From: Octopus sinensis | Taxonomy: Eukaryota | Length of the DNA stretch: 64,000 bases | Assembly: GCF_006345805.1 (NCBI RefSeq) | Contig: NC_043009.1 | Span: forward strand, 41,602,001 to 41,666,000 | Reading direction: 5' to 3' | Shown: positions 51,461-64,000 of the stretch, piece by piece | How the letters are laid out: each line of letters starts with the position of its first letter | Numbering within the stretch: the first letter of the stretch is position 1 | Position numbers and translations under genes: made by a program | Notes under the pieces: model-generated | What the model was told of the DNA's origin: nothing | The model's input: only the letters and a program-made list of their open reading frames with translations | Databases searched by the model: none

Positions 51461-54400
51461 ATGGCAGTTACGTCATATTTTCTACTGGAGTACTGCTTCA
51501 TATCTTGTATTCTTTTATCAAATTACGCAGTCAACGACAGTTTATCTTCTCTCGAATCACGCATTGAAAATCAAAAGACGTCGGGTAATACGTACACACA
51601 ACAACACATTTTTTTCCTCGTCGTAAACTTGACAAAGAACAGAAGTCATAGAATAACTTGACACTAAGTTATTGACACTTCAACGTAAACTAATTGTTCT
51701 TCGCAACATTAAATGTAGACATTTTGGAATTCTTTCAAGAACATTCTTCTCAATGACTTTTTGAAACTATTGTCGAAGCAGTCAGCTTTCCTTGAATTTG
51801 AAAACTTTCTTCTATTGTAGACGGGAATTTAAACATACCTCAATGTCTCAGCCGAAATGAATCAGCTTTCACTTATGTTGACATACACATTTTATGTTTT
51901 TAAAACTAATCTTTATTTATCTAAGATATCCCTAGTCGCATGTTTAGTAATCGGATATAGGCAGCGATCTTTCTATTTTAAACCTTCGAAAAGGAATTTG
52001 TTGATAATAAGCCACAGGCTATTTCTATTCATTTATTTACATATTCTTTTATAAAATACAGTAAACGTCCGTCATAGTAGGCATTTTCTGTCTTAAAGTG
52101 ACTTAGCTTCTTAAACAATATCAGAGAAACCTGTCTAAGAGCTAATTTTTATTTTTCGTGCTTTTGCCTATAGTTTATTTTGAAATAACTATTGTGAAAA
52201 AAAAAACAGAAATAAAGAATAGGAAAAGCAGAAAACAGAAATGGAAAAAGAAAAGAAGAAAAAATTAGCGAATAAAGTAACATATACAATGGATATTTAT
52301 CAAAGAATATCTCTCTGTTCTCAATGTCTTTGCCCAACTAGGATAGAGTTGCTTAACAAATGCCAAGAGCGGAATGTTATTCTTGTAGATAGCGTTTAGT
52401 TTAGTAGCTCCCAGTGGGCGGCGGCTTTCACTAAGTTATGCGAATGTTATTGAGTGGAAGAAGGAAAGAGAGAAGAGGAGAAGGAGGAGGAGGAGGACAA
52501 AGCAAGTGGAACTTGGGCAGACAAGAAGTTTTAAGGTAGTTGCCAGCATGCTGGGACAACAATATTCGTCTCCCACTGACGGTGGTGGCAGTGGTGTTGG
52601 GTGGGTGGGTGTGGTAACTTTTCATGGTTTATAAGAACTGGTTGTAATCATTTTTTGTTTTATATATACATCATATATACAATCTTCACAAAGGGGGGAA
52701 ATCAACAAAGACTAAGACATAACCTGCTTGATGTGTTAATTGCGCTGCTTCTTGGGAGGGCCTCTTGATGTGAATCAATGTTTCAACAACCACTTAACCA
52801 ACCAACCCCTCACTAAGTTATGGTGTCTTTAAAGTGTAATAGTATTCTCATTGACATAAAAACTGGATAGACTTAAACCCATGTTTGTAAACAATACTGG
52901 GACTCATCAACCAGATCATAGACTTCCAAGGTTCACATTATAGGATTTTCTTTTCTATGTCTTTGTCAAGAGACAATGTAGTGACTATGGGCCTTTACGG
53001 AGTATTCAGAACTCGTGGGAGGGAGAGAGGTATCCTTAAACCGGACACAAGATCCGAATGCTTGTAACTGATTAAACTCCGCTAAATGCGTCCAACGGCT
53101 AGGTGCTGGTGTTAAACCGGATGACAGATTCAGTCCCAAATCGAGCACGGCAGGATTAGAACTCGAAATCCAAAATGTCAGAACAAATACCACAAGACTT
53201 CCTGTGCAACGTTGTTACTGCTCCGCCAATCTACCACATTTTGTTTTTTATCAATTACGAAAGAAAAAAGGCAAAGATGATTTCAACGGTGTTTGAACTA
53301 GAGTCAGAAAAAATGTTGTAAGGAAGCAGTTCTGCCCGGATCTCTACCAACTCAACCAATTTTTGCCTGATGTGGCTAAAAATAGCGGTTTCAAATAGTG
53401 GCACATGGTGGAGGAGGAAAGTTGATTACAATCTGACAAAATTTGAACTTAAGACACAGAGGGTTACGACTTAATTCTTTCAAGCCATTTATCATAATGC
53501 TGTAAAGTTCCCGAAAACTCACTACCCTTGACTGAAAATATTCCGCCCCACCACCACCACCAATAATACTAAATAATCCCCCTAATAATACTAAATAATC
53601 TTCCACACTGATAATACTAAACAAACAATTAAAAAATAAATAATTAGAAATATTATATAAAATAAAAAAAAACAAAAAAAGCAACAACAAAAACAATGGA
53701 AATAATTCTTATTAGAAGACCAACGGTGATGCTTTGACAAGGAATATCCACACTGAGATATGACACTGGTGTGAAGTACGACTGATAAACACAGTATCAG
53801 CCATGTTGATAAGCTCGACACACAGACATTGAGTCTTGATAAGGATTTTCTGCTTCACTGATGGATGTATACGTGTGTTCACGGAATTATTACACCGAGA
53901 CGTTACAAACTTGACCACACACATAGAAATACATTTTCTTCTGTTGGGTGATAATTTTCTTCTAATGGTGCTACCAGGCTACACGTGTGATACACATATC
54001 CTTACTCACACACATACACAGTTAGACCCATGTACACTCTCACACACATACACAAACAAATGTACATATACACACACAAACACACAAACGCATGTTGTTC
54101 AGATCTGTAAGAAAAATCATATCATCCAAAGCAACCACCTACATATAGGGAGCTAGAAATAGCAGCCAAATCTCTCTCAAATAGTGGCCTACTACGTTTA
54201 GATAAAGATCACTTTGTACAATAGCGTGGACAAAGAGATGGAATGTTGGTCGTGGTCGGAATGACTTTGATCATAGGTTTCGCAGACAGGATTAACCTGG
54301 AGATAAATGTTAATATTCGCCATCATCATCACCAACACCACTATCCTCCTTCATCCTCATCATCCTCATCATCATCATCATCATCATCCAACGACAACAA

Positions 54401-54807
54401 TAGCAAAACCTACAACCTTAACTGTTGCTAATGTGAATACTGCTACTACTAATGATGCAACTGCTTCTACCATGGTTACACCTTTAATTTTGAACTATGT
54501 TCTAATTTAAGCATTCCTGGCATTTATTGCACAATGCCATATAAGTAATTATAAAGGAAATTATATTACAGTTGGTTGAAAACAGTATATTACTGATATT
54601 CTATTATTCCGATGTTCAAGAACTGTACACACGTCTTGACTCCCGTATACAAAGTTAGCTCATAGGACGCACAAACACACGCACATATGTAAGTTCGTGT
54701 TAACATATTTAACAGAAGAGAGAAGTATAAAGTACAACCGAAATAAAATATTCGATGGGGGAAAAAAACAACCATTTTTCCATGTTTAATATTAATAGTT
54801 GAAACAA

Positions 54808-55680
54808 GACGGCGAGCTGGCAGAAATGTAGCACGCCGGGCGAAATGCGTAGCCGTATTTCGTCTGCCGTTACGTTCTGAGTTCAAATTCCGCCGAGGTC
54901 GACTTTGCCTTTCATCCTTTCGGGGTCGATAAATTAAGTACCAGTTACACACTGGGGTCGATATAATCGACTTAATCCGTTCGTCTGTCCCTGTTTGTCC
55001 TCTCTGTGTTTAGCCCCTTGTGGGTAGTAAAGAAATAGGTATTTCGTCTATCTTTATGTTCTGAGTTCAAATTCCGCCGAGGTCGACTTTGCCTTTCATC
55101 CTTTCGGAGTCGATGAATTAAGTAGCAGTTGCGTACTGGGAGCAATCTAATCGACTGGCCCCTCCTCAAAAATTTCGGGTCTTGTGCCTAGAGTAAAAAA
55201 GAATATGAATAGCTGAAAGGCGGCGAGCTGGCAAACACGTTCGCACGCCGGGTGATATACTTAGTGTTATTTTGTCTGCCGCTACGTTCTAAGTTCAAAT
55301 TCTACCGAGGTCGACTTTGCCTTTCATCCTTTCGGGGTCAATTAAATAAGTACCAGTTACGCACTAGGGTCGATGTAATCGACTTAATCTGTTTGTCTGT
55401 CCTTGTTTGTCCCCCCTATGTTTAGCCCCTTGTGGGCAATAAATAAATAAGAAACGTCAGCATACCGGGCGATATGCTTAGCAGTATTTCGTCTGCCTTT
55501 ACGTTTTGAGTTCAAATTCCGCCGAGGTCGACTTTGCCCTTCATCCTTTCGGGGTCGATAAATTAAGTACCAGTTACGTACTGATTCGATCTACGAACTT
55601 TGCCTTTCATCCTCTCGGGGTCGATTCGACTTGCCCCCTGCCCCAAAATTTCGGACCTTGTGCCTAGAGTAGAAAAAATA
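54808..55680 (+). mobile_element. Two tandem multimeric SINE family B copies (54808-55205 dimer; 55217-55680 dimer/trimer)
   Basis: Heads GGCGAGCTGGCA at ~54810 and ~55221; four complete cores and one partial GACTTTGCCTTTCATCCT core; tails GTGCCTAGAGTA at ~55190 and ~55665. Confidence 0.93.
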
Positions 55681-55999
55681 TTAATAGATGAGACAACTCA
55701 CGATACGTTTCCTTCTCATTCTGATCTCTTCTAGAAAGCATAGTCTGCACCATACACGTCGAAGTAATGGTGAAAAGCATTATTAATAAGACGCACAATT
55801 CTTCCGATGCAGTCAGCTACATTACAACACCGCCACCATTATTGTGTAAATTGCTAATAATGAATGGAGACAATAATAACTGTCAAAGCAGGAACATTCC
55901 AGAAACACATGCATTGTTCAAGCGTCAGTTCCCAAAGGATCCCCTTACCACGCTTTCTGTCTTTTTTTCTTCGTTACAATGAAAAAAAATCAGTCCGGT

Positions 56000-56300
56000 C
56001 GGATTCTCTCTCTCTCTCTTTCTCTCTTGCTCTCCTTTCTCCCTTCCACACATTCTTTCTCTTTTTCTTGCTTTCCTTCTTCTCTCTCTCTCTCTCTCTC
56101 TCCCTCTCCTTTTCTCCTTTCTCTTTCTGCCCCCTCATTCTATCCGACTCTGCCTCGTTCCCCGTCTGTCTTTCTCCCCGCTTCGTCACTCACTCACTCA
56201 CTCACTCACTCACTCACTCGCTCGCTCATTCACTCACTCACACACACATACTTTCTGTCTTTCTTTCTTTCACCTCCACTCTCTCTTACTCTCTTTCTCT
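56000..56300. repeat. (CT)n/(CACT)n polypyrimidine block
   Basis: Directly visible. Confidence 0.9.
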
Positions 56301-57225
56301 CTTGCTCTCTTGCCATTTTAGCGACATCAGTTACAGCTATTATGCGGACGTCTTTTTTGTTTCATGAGCCTCCCGTCCGTAATAATTCTTTTTCTAGGAT
56401 TAAAATTTATTTGCCACCAACCATCCAACCAACCAGCTAACCAACCAAGCAGCAGCAGCAAGCCAAATCTTCCAGAAGTGAAAAAGACTTGCCACATACA
56501 CACACACACACACACACAAGCACACACTCACACACACAAGCGTGCGCGCACATACAGAGAGAAGTACACAAACACACACATATAAACACACACACAATGA
56601 GACTCTTTCTCGCATTCTATTATTTTATTCTATTATTCTGTTATTCTGTTATTCTATCTTACTTCTCTTCTTCCAAATAACAAAGTCAACCGTTGACCGT
56701 AAAATCGAAAATGTTTTATAATCTCGAGAACGCGAGAGCGGGAATGGGGAAAAATAATAATGAATAAATAAAAAGAAAAGTAACAACGAACTGGCGGAAA
56801 GGGAATAATATATAGAGAGAGGATATAAAACAGACGTGGAAATAAAGCGTCTGAATAAACAAAAGATTATAAAAGACAAATAAAATTATAAAAAAAAAAA
56901 AAAAAAACAAAGATAAAACTTACAAACACCCACCACATAAAGAAGAAAAGATGAGGAAGAAAATAAAAAGACGTTTGAGATGAAAATTGTTTGTGGCTAT
57001 TTTCAATTCAATTTTAGTTGCTGTGAGTGTATAAAACTGGCAACAAAGAAGAGCAATACGAAAAACGATAAGAATCAACGCGATGTGTGTGTGTGTGTGT
57101 GTGTGTGTGTTTGTGCGTGCGTGCGTGTGTGTACATGCGTGTGTGTGTAAATGCATAGCATACGAAAGGAAAGGAATATATGGAGATAAGTTCACTAAAA
57201 CAGTAAACAATGTTCCTGCGTAACA

Positions 57226-57286
<61 letters not shown>

Positions 57287-57291
<5 letters not shown>

Positions 57292-57508
57292 CATGTGATC
57301 TCTTGAGCACCACCATCTCAAATATTTTTTCCTCTGTCTTCCCTTCTTGGGATCTTTCCTTCTCCTTGTTTCCGATGAAGAGCTCCGCTCGAAACGTTAA
57401 ACCCTCCTTCCCTTCTTTCCTGAGCGTCAATAATACTTTAATTGTTCCACGTCCTGCGTTGCTGTGTTTTTTTTCTCTTTTTTTCTGTGTTTTCTTGTTT
57501 GGATTAAC
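57287..57508 (+). mobile_element. ~220-bp element between (TA)n tracts carrying a minimal hammerhead-ribozyme-like motif
   Basis: GTTT-CCGATGA-A-GAGC-TCC-GCTC-GAAACGTT-AAAC at 57368-57402. Confidence 0.7.
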
Positions 57509-57550
<42 letters not shown>

Positions 57551-57944
57551 ATGTATTAATAAATAAAACATATGCATATATATATACATATATGTACGTA
57601 CCTACCACTACATGTATATATACATGCATATATGAGTACAGGACACCAAAAAAAAAAACGTCGAACACAATGAGAAACGAAAACATAGACACAAACCCAA
57701 GGAACTGGACATTTTTCTTAAACAACAAAAAAATAGAGTACAGGACAAATAACACAAGGAAAAAACCCTTCTTCAGTCGCCATGGTTTCATCTACTCTAC
57801 GTTTCGAAGGTGTATATGTGTGTGTGTGTGGTGTGTGCGTGTATTTGTGTGCGTGTGTGCGTAGGTCTGCATATATATATGTGTGTGTATGTGCATATAT
57901 ATGCATACATACATACATACATATATATGTACACACACACACAT

Positions 57945-58127
57945 ATATACATGGGTCCGAGTTCAGTTTCACTTCGACAAGTGCCTTCTTCTATAACCTC
58001 GAGCCAACCAAAGCCTTGGGAGAGGATTTGGTAGGCAGAAACTGAAAGAAGCCCGTCGTATATATACAAATGTATATATTCATGTGTATATGTCTGTGTT
58101 TGTCTCCTTTACTGGAACAAATATAAG

Positions 58128-58184
<57 letters not shown>

Positions 58185-58380
58185 GTGTGTGTATGCATAT
58201 TATATATGTATGTATATTCTTGTGCTCTGTACCCTTTCAGTCACTGAACTGCGGCCATGCTGGGACACTTCCTTCAGCAATTCGATTTCAGTAATTATTC
58301 TGTCGGGTATTTTGCTGAATGGCAAGGTTACAAGGACGTAAATAAACCAATAATAGTTGTCATACGGTGGGTGGGGACAA
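57945..58380. mobile_element. Two partial SINE family A fragments (57945-58060 plus; 58225-58380 minus)
   Basis: CCAAAGCCTTGGGAGAGGATTTGGTAGGCAGAAACTGAAAGAAGCCCGTCG; TTCAGTCACTGAACTGCGGCCATGCTGG. Confidence 0.75.
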
Positions 58381-60277
58381 AAGTAAACATAAACACGTGA
58401 CATGTATATCTGTATGTATGTATGTATGTATGTATGTATGTATGTATCTGTGTGTGGGGGGGGCGTATACGTATATAAAAAACGGGGTTCCACGCTTGAG
58501 TTGCTACCCAGTGGCACTGAATCCGCACAGCGATGCACGTCCCCACTACATATATATGTATGCACCTAACTTAACAGTGTATTATTGTGGAGGATGGTTG
58601 TATGTATGTATCGTGAGCCTGTTCACGGCGACTAAATCTTCTAGAAGTAACAGCCAAATCTTCCTCAAGCCACAAACGACTACCCTTTCAACGAACGAGA
58701 ACGAAACATTAGATAACATTTCCAGATAATTCTAAATGTACCGAATGGTCACAGCTCTACCTGGGGTCTAAACAACGCAAACATTACAAAAAATTTGCGA
58801 GCGCACGGCTAAACGTGCAAGCACGCTGGGGGCGTTTGGGTTCAATGTTCAAAGTTTACACACACACACACACACACAGAACCACGCTAATAGCGTTGTT
58901 GACGTCATAAACGCTGGTGACTTTAATCTTCAAAATAGACCCAACCATTTGCCCAACCATTTGCCCAACCGTTAGGTCCGTCAAAGGTCGTGAGTGAAAA
59001 AAACACAACTCATGTCTAACGTCATATACTTTTGGACTCATTGAAGCCTCAAACTCCTGAGATAGGGCATTAAAGGAGGCAGTTTCAGAGATTCTCACAC
59101 GGAAGCCTTGTTCCGAGTATGCGATTTCTGGTGATTCTCGGTACAGGAGGAAGTCCGGAGGCTGTGAAAATGGCTTTACTTGTCCAGGTTTCCTACGTAA
59201 CTTACAGCCTATTTTCCTGAGCTTTTGCAACTGCTCTTCGTTCTGTAGTGGAGATCATATTCTTTGTCAGCGGTGATCTCTGTTCATCACTCTGAGATGC
59301 TCTGGCTTTTGTCACAGTCTGTTCGTTTCTTGTTATGTTCGTTTCTTGTTATGCTTCCCTTTCTGCTACTGTCTCTCTTTCCCTGGACAGAGACATTATT
59401 TTGACTGGCCTTGACATTGTAGACAAATTTGTCACTTTCCTTCTAGGTATGGTTATATATGTATACAGAAATACACGGGTGCAGAAGATAGTAAACAATG
59501 AAAATAACTGAGTAACGGAAATTATATTCTTAATACGACGAGCAGAAAGTAAATAAGAAATTTTTACGGAAACTAAAGAATTGTACAGGCTGAAGCAAAA
59601 TTTGTCACTTAGTGAACTAAAGATCCAGTATCGAAGGAAACAGAAAAAAGCCGTTAACAACAGAAAAAACAGCAAAACCGTTGCAAAAGTAAATAAGAAA
59701 ATTTTAGGGAAATTAACTAAGTGTTCGGATTTAAGCGAAATTATTGATGTTAATTCTGTAAGTAAATTATGAACTGTCAGTAAATTATGAATTTTATCAG
59801 TAATTCTGTAAAACAACAACAACAACAAAATACAAAACGTTGCAAAAGTAAATAAAAAATTTGCTGGCAAATTTAGCAAAGTGTACGGATTGAAGTGAAA
59901 TTGACGAAGTTACTTCTGTCAGTAAATTATGTTAGAAATTACTTTCATCAGTAATTGTGAACTTCTTTCTGTCATTAATTTGTTGTTGTTTGTAAATAGC
60001 GACTGAAAACTTACAGTGAAAACACGAGCAATTGAACTTAAAGTGAAAACAATAGCGTCTGAATATTGAAAGTGAAAGCAATAGAGAGTGAGTAAGATAC
60101 AGAGAGGGAGACAGAGAGAGAGAGAGAGAGAAAGCGAGCTAACTAGTTAGATAAATAAGATAGATATAGATAGATAAGATATGAACAGATAGATACAGAA
60201 AGATACATAGATATAGAGATAAAAATAGATAGAGAGATATAGAGAGGTAGAGACAGATAGCTATGGATAGAGAGATA

Positions 60278-60308
60278 TAGACGTCACTGATGCTAGAACA
60301 CCGGAAGT
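60278..60308. promoter_or_regulatory. Possible promoter motif pair (CRE half-site ACGTCA plus ETS CCGGAAGT)
   Basis: Motif match only; no transcript evidence. Confidence 0.2.
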
Positions 60309-60706
60309 AAATATTTTTAAAATCTTTCAAAGACGTGAATCTAATAAGAAGCAATATTCTTTTATTTTTAATTTAAAAAATCAAATGAAGAGCCTAACGT
60401 GCACGAGGTCAAATTATCCACGCATCCCAAAGTGTGGAAGCAATTGATGAAGCCGTTTTCGCGTGAAAAGCGAATACACACAAATCTCTATTTTATATGT
60501 TAGATGAGATTGTGATAATTTTTTGACCAATTGATGTAAGGGAGGCAATCAATTTCTGAAAGGTACTTCGCAGAGTTACCGCTCTTGTTCTCGTAACCCA
60601 CGAACGGGTATTTTCTGCTCCCAGGGGGTCAGTTACTCATGTGAAAAAATTTTAAGAGTCTGGAACACAAGTGAGGTGTGTTGGACCGAGTGGCCTAGTG
60701 GAACAC

Positions 60707-60901
60707 GTTCTATATTTGAGAGATGAGTAATTATGTACATTGTTTACATTATTTACATTTGACGGATATTTGTGCTCATCTTTTTTGTTGTTAACACAAC
60801 GTTTCGGTTGATATACTTTCCAGCCTTTTCAGGTGTCCTGGGGTAGTTTCGAACTTGGGTTCTCATTCCTAAGGTATTTTTCGATGTTGTTATTATTACT
60901 A

Positions 60902-60942
<41 letters not shown>

Positions 60943-61034
60943 TTATTATTATTATTATTATTGTTATTATTCAGGCCACTGCTTGGAATTTTGGGGTTAG
61001 TAGCCCGCGCTCTTAACCACTACGCCATATGCCC
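60707..61034 (-). mobile_element. tRNA-headed unit with internal (AAT)n and HHR-like motif, at the 3' end of the Penelope element (putative pLTR or fused SINE)
   Basis: Minus strand A-box TGGCGTAGTGG (61027-61017), (AAT)n, then ACAC-CTGAAAA-GGCTG...CAACC-GAAACGTT-GTGT (60836-60794). Confidence 0.75.
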
Positions 61035-61063
61035 GTGGCCAATTATGGAGTGAATTTTAGGGC

Positions 61064-62225
61064 TTATAAATCTACTATTTTCCTATCCTTCCTTAATACC
61101 GGTTCCCATATGTTACTCATATCTGCACTAGGTCTGCTTAGGAGGTTATTATGTCCTAGTATATGTGTTGCTTCTTTTAGTTTTCGTATTTTCCAGTGGT
61201 GTTCTCTGTCTATTATTTTAACTTCATCTCACAGGAAGAGGTGGTCTCCGTTTTTCCATGCATGATCAGCTATACCCGATTTATCAATATCTCGTCGTTT
61301 CACTGCTTTTTCGATGTTCCTCTATCCTTATTTTGAGGCGGCGGCATGGGATGGAATGCACGCAGTCTTTGGTCATATTCTCTACTATTATTGGTTTTAC
61401 TCGAAGGAGATATTTGCGAAGTGTTGTATTACTCTTGAATACTGTCCTAACATCATATGGACCGCATATCTTTTGTATCTTTTCGGAGAGGCCTTTCACA
61501 TAGGGTAGACAGTCTGAGGTCAGTTTATGGGTTTCATCCTCTCTTCTCTTCACAATTGGAGTGGATAGTATGTTTTGGGGGTAGTTGTTGCTTAATAGAT
61601 TGTTACTTAGCTTGATAATTTCTTCGTGGTGTGTATCACGATCATTCTTTGCTTGATGTTTTAGGCACTGAGCAATCCCTTCTTTTACACTGTATGGATG
61701 GTGGGAATTCAAGCTGAGTTATCGTCCAGTGAAGGTCGGCTTGCCATATACTGATGTCCTACATCCATACTTGGTGCGTGATTTTAATATGACCAGGAAT
61801 GCTAGCTTATTGTCTTTCTCCTTTCCCATTGTAATCTGTATGGATGGCTTCACATGATCTAGCAGTACTTGGACATCATCATGGTGGGGCCAGAGTATAA
61901 AGGTGTTAGCAACATATCGCAGCTATAGTGATGGTTTTAGTGGTGTTGATCCTAAAACCAAATTCTCATTGTATTCCATGTATATATTGGCTATTATCAG
62001 TGATAATGGCGAACCCATAGCGAAACCCCCTTCCTGTCGATATATATCAGTGTCCATTCTGAAGCAAGTAGTTTCTACACAGAAGGTCAGCAGTTCTATC
62101 AAGTTTCCTATTGGTATACTAGAGATGGGTGTCTGTCACCAATTTTTCTTGAATCACCGATAATCCTTCATCAGGTGGGACTTTGGTGAACAGACATATC
62201 ACATCTAGACGCACCATCTGGTTGG
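61064..62225 (-). mobile_element. Penelope-like retroelement, 5'-truncated and decayed (RT C-terminal part plus GIY-YIG endonuclease remnant)
   Basis: Minus translation ..LFTKVP...IYRQEGGFAMGSPLSLIIANIYME...LRYVANTF...VYGKPTFTGR*LSLNSHHPYSVKEGI...CLPYVKGLSEKIQKICGPYDVRTVFKS...VHSIPC..LKIRIEEHRK...SGIADHAW...EHHWKIRKLKEATHI; TAA at 61066-61064. Confidence 0.95.
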
Positions 62226-62329
62226 ATCCAATGGGGGTATCCTTGATCAATTCTGTGAAGTGGAGAGAATATCGGATGTTATTATACACCGCTGGTCACA
62301 ATGCGCTTCATCGCATTGCTATGGCTTAC

Positions 62330-62530
62330 GAATAATGCTAGTTCGATGGCTAAACGCATAGTCTAAAACTACTCCGCTGAACGGAAGGTCTGTAAGTCGT
62401 TGCGTTACTCATTTACACCTGCGTGGACGTGACCAATGTGAAAAGTTTCCTGAGCTCAGGAACACGATGCACTGTCGGTGTGGGAATCGAAACCATGGTC
62501 CTGTGATCGTGAGTACAACGCCCCACCCAC
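62330..62530 (-). mobile_element. Degenerate SINE (family D-like)
   Basis: TTCCTGAGCTCAGGAACACGATGCACTGTCGGTGTGGGAATCGAAACC, an inverted B-box-containing head. Confidence 0.55.
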
Positions 62531-62595
62531 AAAACTAAGTGCCTACACACACACAAACACGTGTGTTTTAAGTTTTATATATATATATATATATA

Positions 62596-62721
62596 TAAGC
62601 AATATAGGATGAAGTCCCTTACTCTACAGCAAAGGAATTCATCAGGAAGCGTGGGCAGTATATTTAAAAAAAAACCGTTACGGTTGCAATATACATCATA
62701 TAATTAAGGGCTAAAGAGGGT

Positions 62722-62756
<35 letters not shown>

Positions 62757-63216
62757 ATACTGCCCACGCTTCCTGATGAATTCCTTTGCTGTAGAGTAAG
62801 GGACTTCATCCTATATTGCTTAGTAGTAAACTCGATGCTTGCTACAGGAGGACTGGTAACCATTACAATTTGTAGCGGCGAAAGGTCTGGACGTTGTTTT
62901 CTGAGGCTGACCAAAGAATTTTATTTTTAGATATAAATGATGTACTCAAGTGTAGTTATGTTTTTAGCTTGTGCTTTTTCCATGATCATACGTGAGTATT
63001 TTTATTTATATCCCATCGAAATTTCTACTGAAGAAGGAATATATCTTTTTTTTATAAGATTAAGTCCGAAATTGATTCAATATAGAGATAACGAAATTTA
63101 ATTTTCTAAAGGTTAGTTGCCCGTTTTCAGTTTCAATTTTCCTGTAACAAGCGGATTATAAGTGGATAAAACAGTGTATTTGGCTTTAGAATAACCCTCT
63201 TTAGCCCTTAATTATA

Positions 63217-63220
<4 letters not shown>
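62596..63220. mobile_element. TA-flanked element with two interleaved perfect inverted repeats (79 bp and 31 bp)
   Basis: 62596-62674 is the reverse complement of 62744-62822; 62695-62725 is the reverse complement of 63190-63220. Confidence 0.85.
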
Positions 63221-63251
<31 letters not shown>

Positions 63252-63319
63252 TATTATATATATGTATATATATATATATAATGTTATATATATATAATAT
63301 ATATATATAGATATATATT

Positions 63320-63508
63320 GTTTAAAGGCAAAGGCCGATACAGTTTGGCACCTGTGACGTTGCAACTCATTTCTACAGCTGAGTGAGCTTGAGCAACGTG
63401 AAATAAAGTGTCTTGCTCAAGAACACAACACGCAGCCCGGTCCAGGATTCGAGCTCACAACTTCACGATCGTAAACTCGACGCTCTAACCACTGAGCCAT
63501 GCGCCTTC
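63320..63508 (-). mobile_element. SINE family D
   Basis: Minus head AAGGCGCATGGCTCAGTGGTTAGAGCGTCGAG..GAGCTCGAATCCTGGACCGG; body shared with 35745-36062. Confidence 0.88.
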
Positions 63509-63797
63509 TCACACACACGCACATACACTCACATACACACACACTCACACACACACACATATATATATATATATAAATATGCATGCGTATGTGTATAAAT
63601 GTGCGTATGTTTGTGTGTGTGTGCGCGCACAGACTATAAATAAAGGTATGTATGCGTGTTTATGTGTCTGTACAGATGTGTTTGTTGCTCCTGTATGAAT
63701 CGTTTCTCATCTGGTAAAAATGCAATCTGACAATTGAATGCAAATGTCAACATTTTACCGAATCGTTCATGTCACAGCGTCCTAGCAAAACCGGTGT

Positions 63798-63896
63798 TTT
63801 TACTACTACTACTACCACCACCACCATTACCACCACCACCACCACCACCACCACCACCACACCACTACTACTACTAATACCACCACCACCACCACC

Positions 63897-63958
<62 letters not shown>

Positions 63959-64000
63959 CACCACCACCACCACTATTACTACTACTACTACTACTACTAC
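63798..64000. repeat. Alternating (CTA)n/(CCA)n trinucleotide array, runs off the window end
   Basis: Directly visible. Confidence 0.95.

Noticed and set aside
57745-57810. Minus-strand GAAACGTA ... CTGAAGA as a type II hammerhead
   Set aside because: Stem I cannot pair; at most remnants of a PLE-like repeat.

Overview
AT-rich, repeat-dense eukaryotic DNA. The SINE families and extreme microsatellite load point to an octopus (coleoid cephalopod) genome; this is inferred from recalled repeat families, not from a database search. I cannot identify an intact host protein-coding gene, and most ORFs in the supplied track are translated microsatellites. Supported content: (1) decayed DNA transposons: a Chapaev/CMC-like transposase end, a hAT-like element with ~200-bp TIRs, a mariner, and Tigger-like and hAT MITEs; (2) a Dong/R4-type RLE LINE fragment inside (TAA)n, plus a second TAA-embedded element; (3) a Penelope-like element (RT + GIY-YIG remnant) running into a tRNA-headed unit that carries a hammerhead-ribozyme (HHR)-like motif; (4) several short (TA)n-embedded elements with HHR-like cores; (5) dozens of tRNA-derived SINE copies in about four families, labelled A-D here as working names, some multimeric; (6) a truncated tRNA-Gln fused to a SINE; (7) a perfect 893-bp palindrome and two other fold-back structures in TA context. 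The most promising leads are the Penelope/tRNA-head/HHR module, the dispersed minimal HHRs and the fold-back elements. Repeat boundaries are approximate unless a TSD or TIR is quoted.
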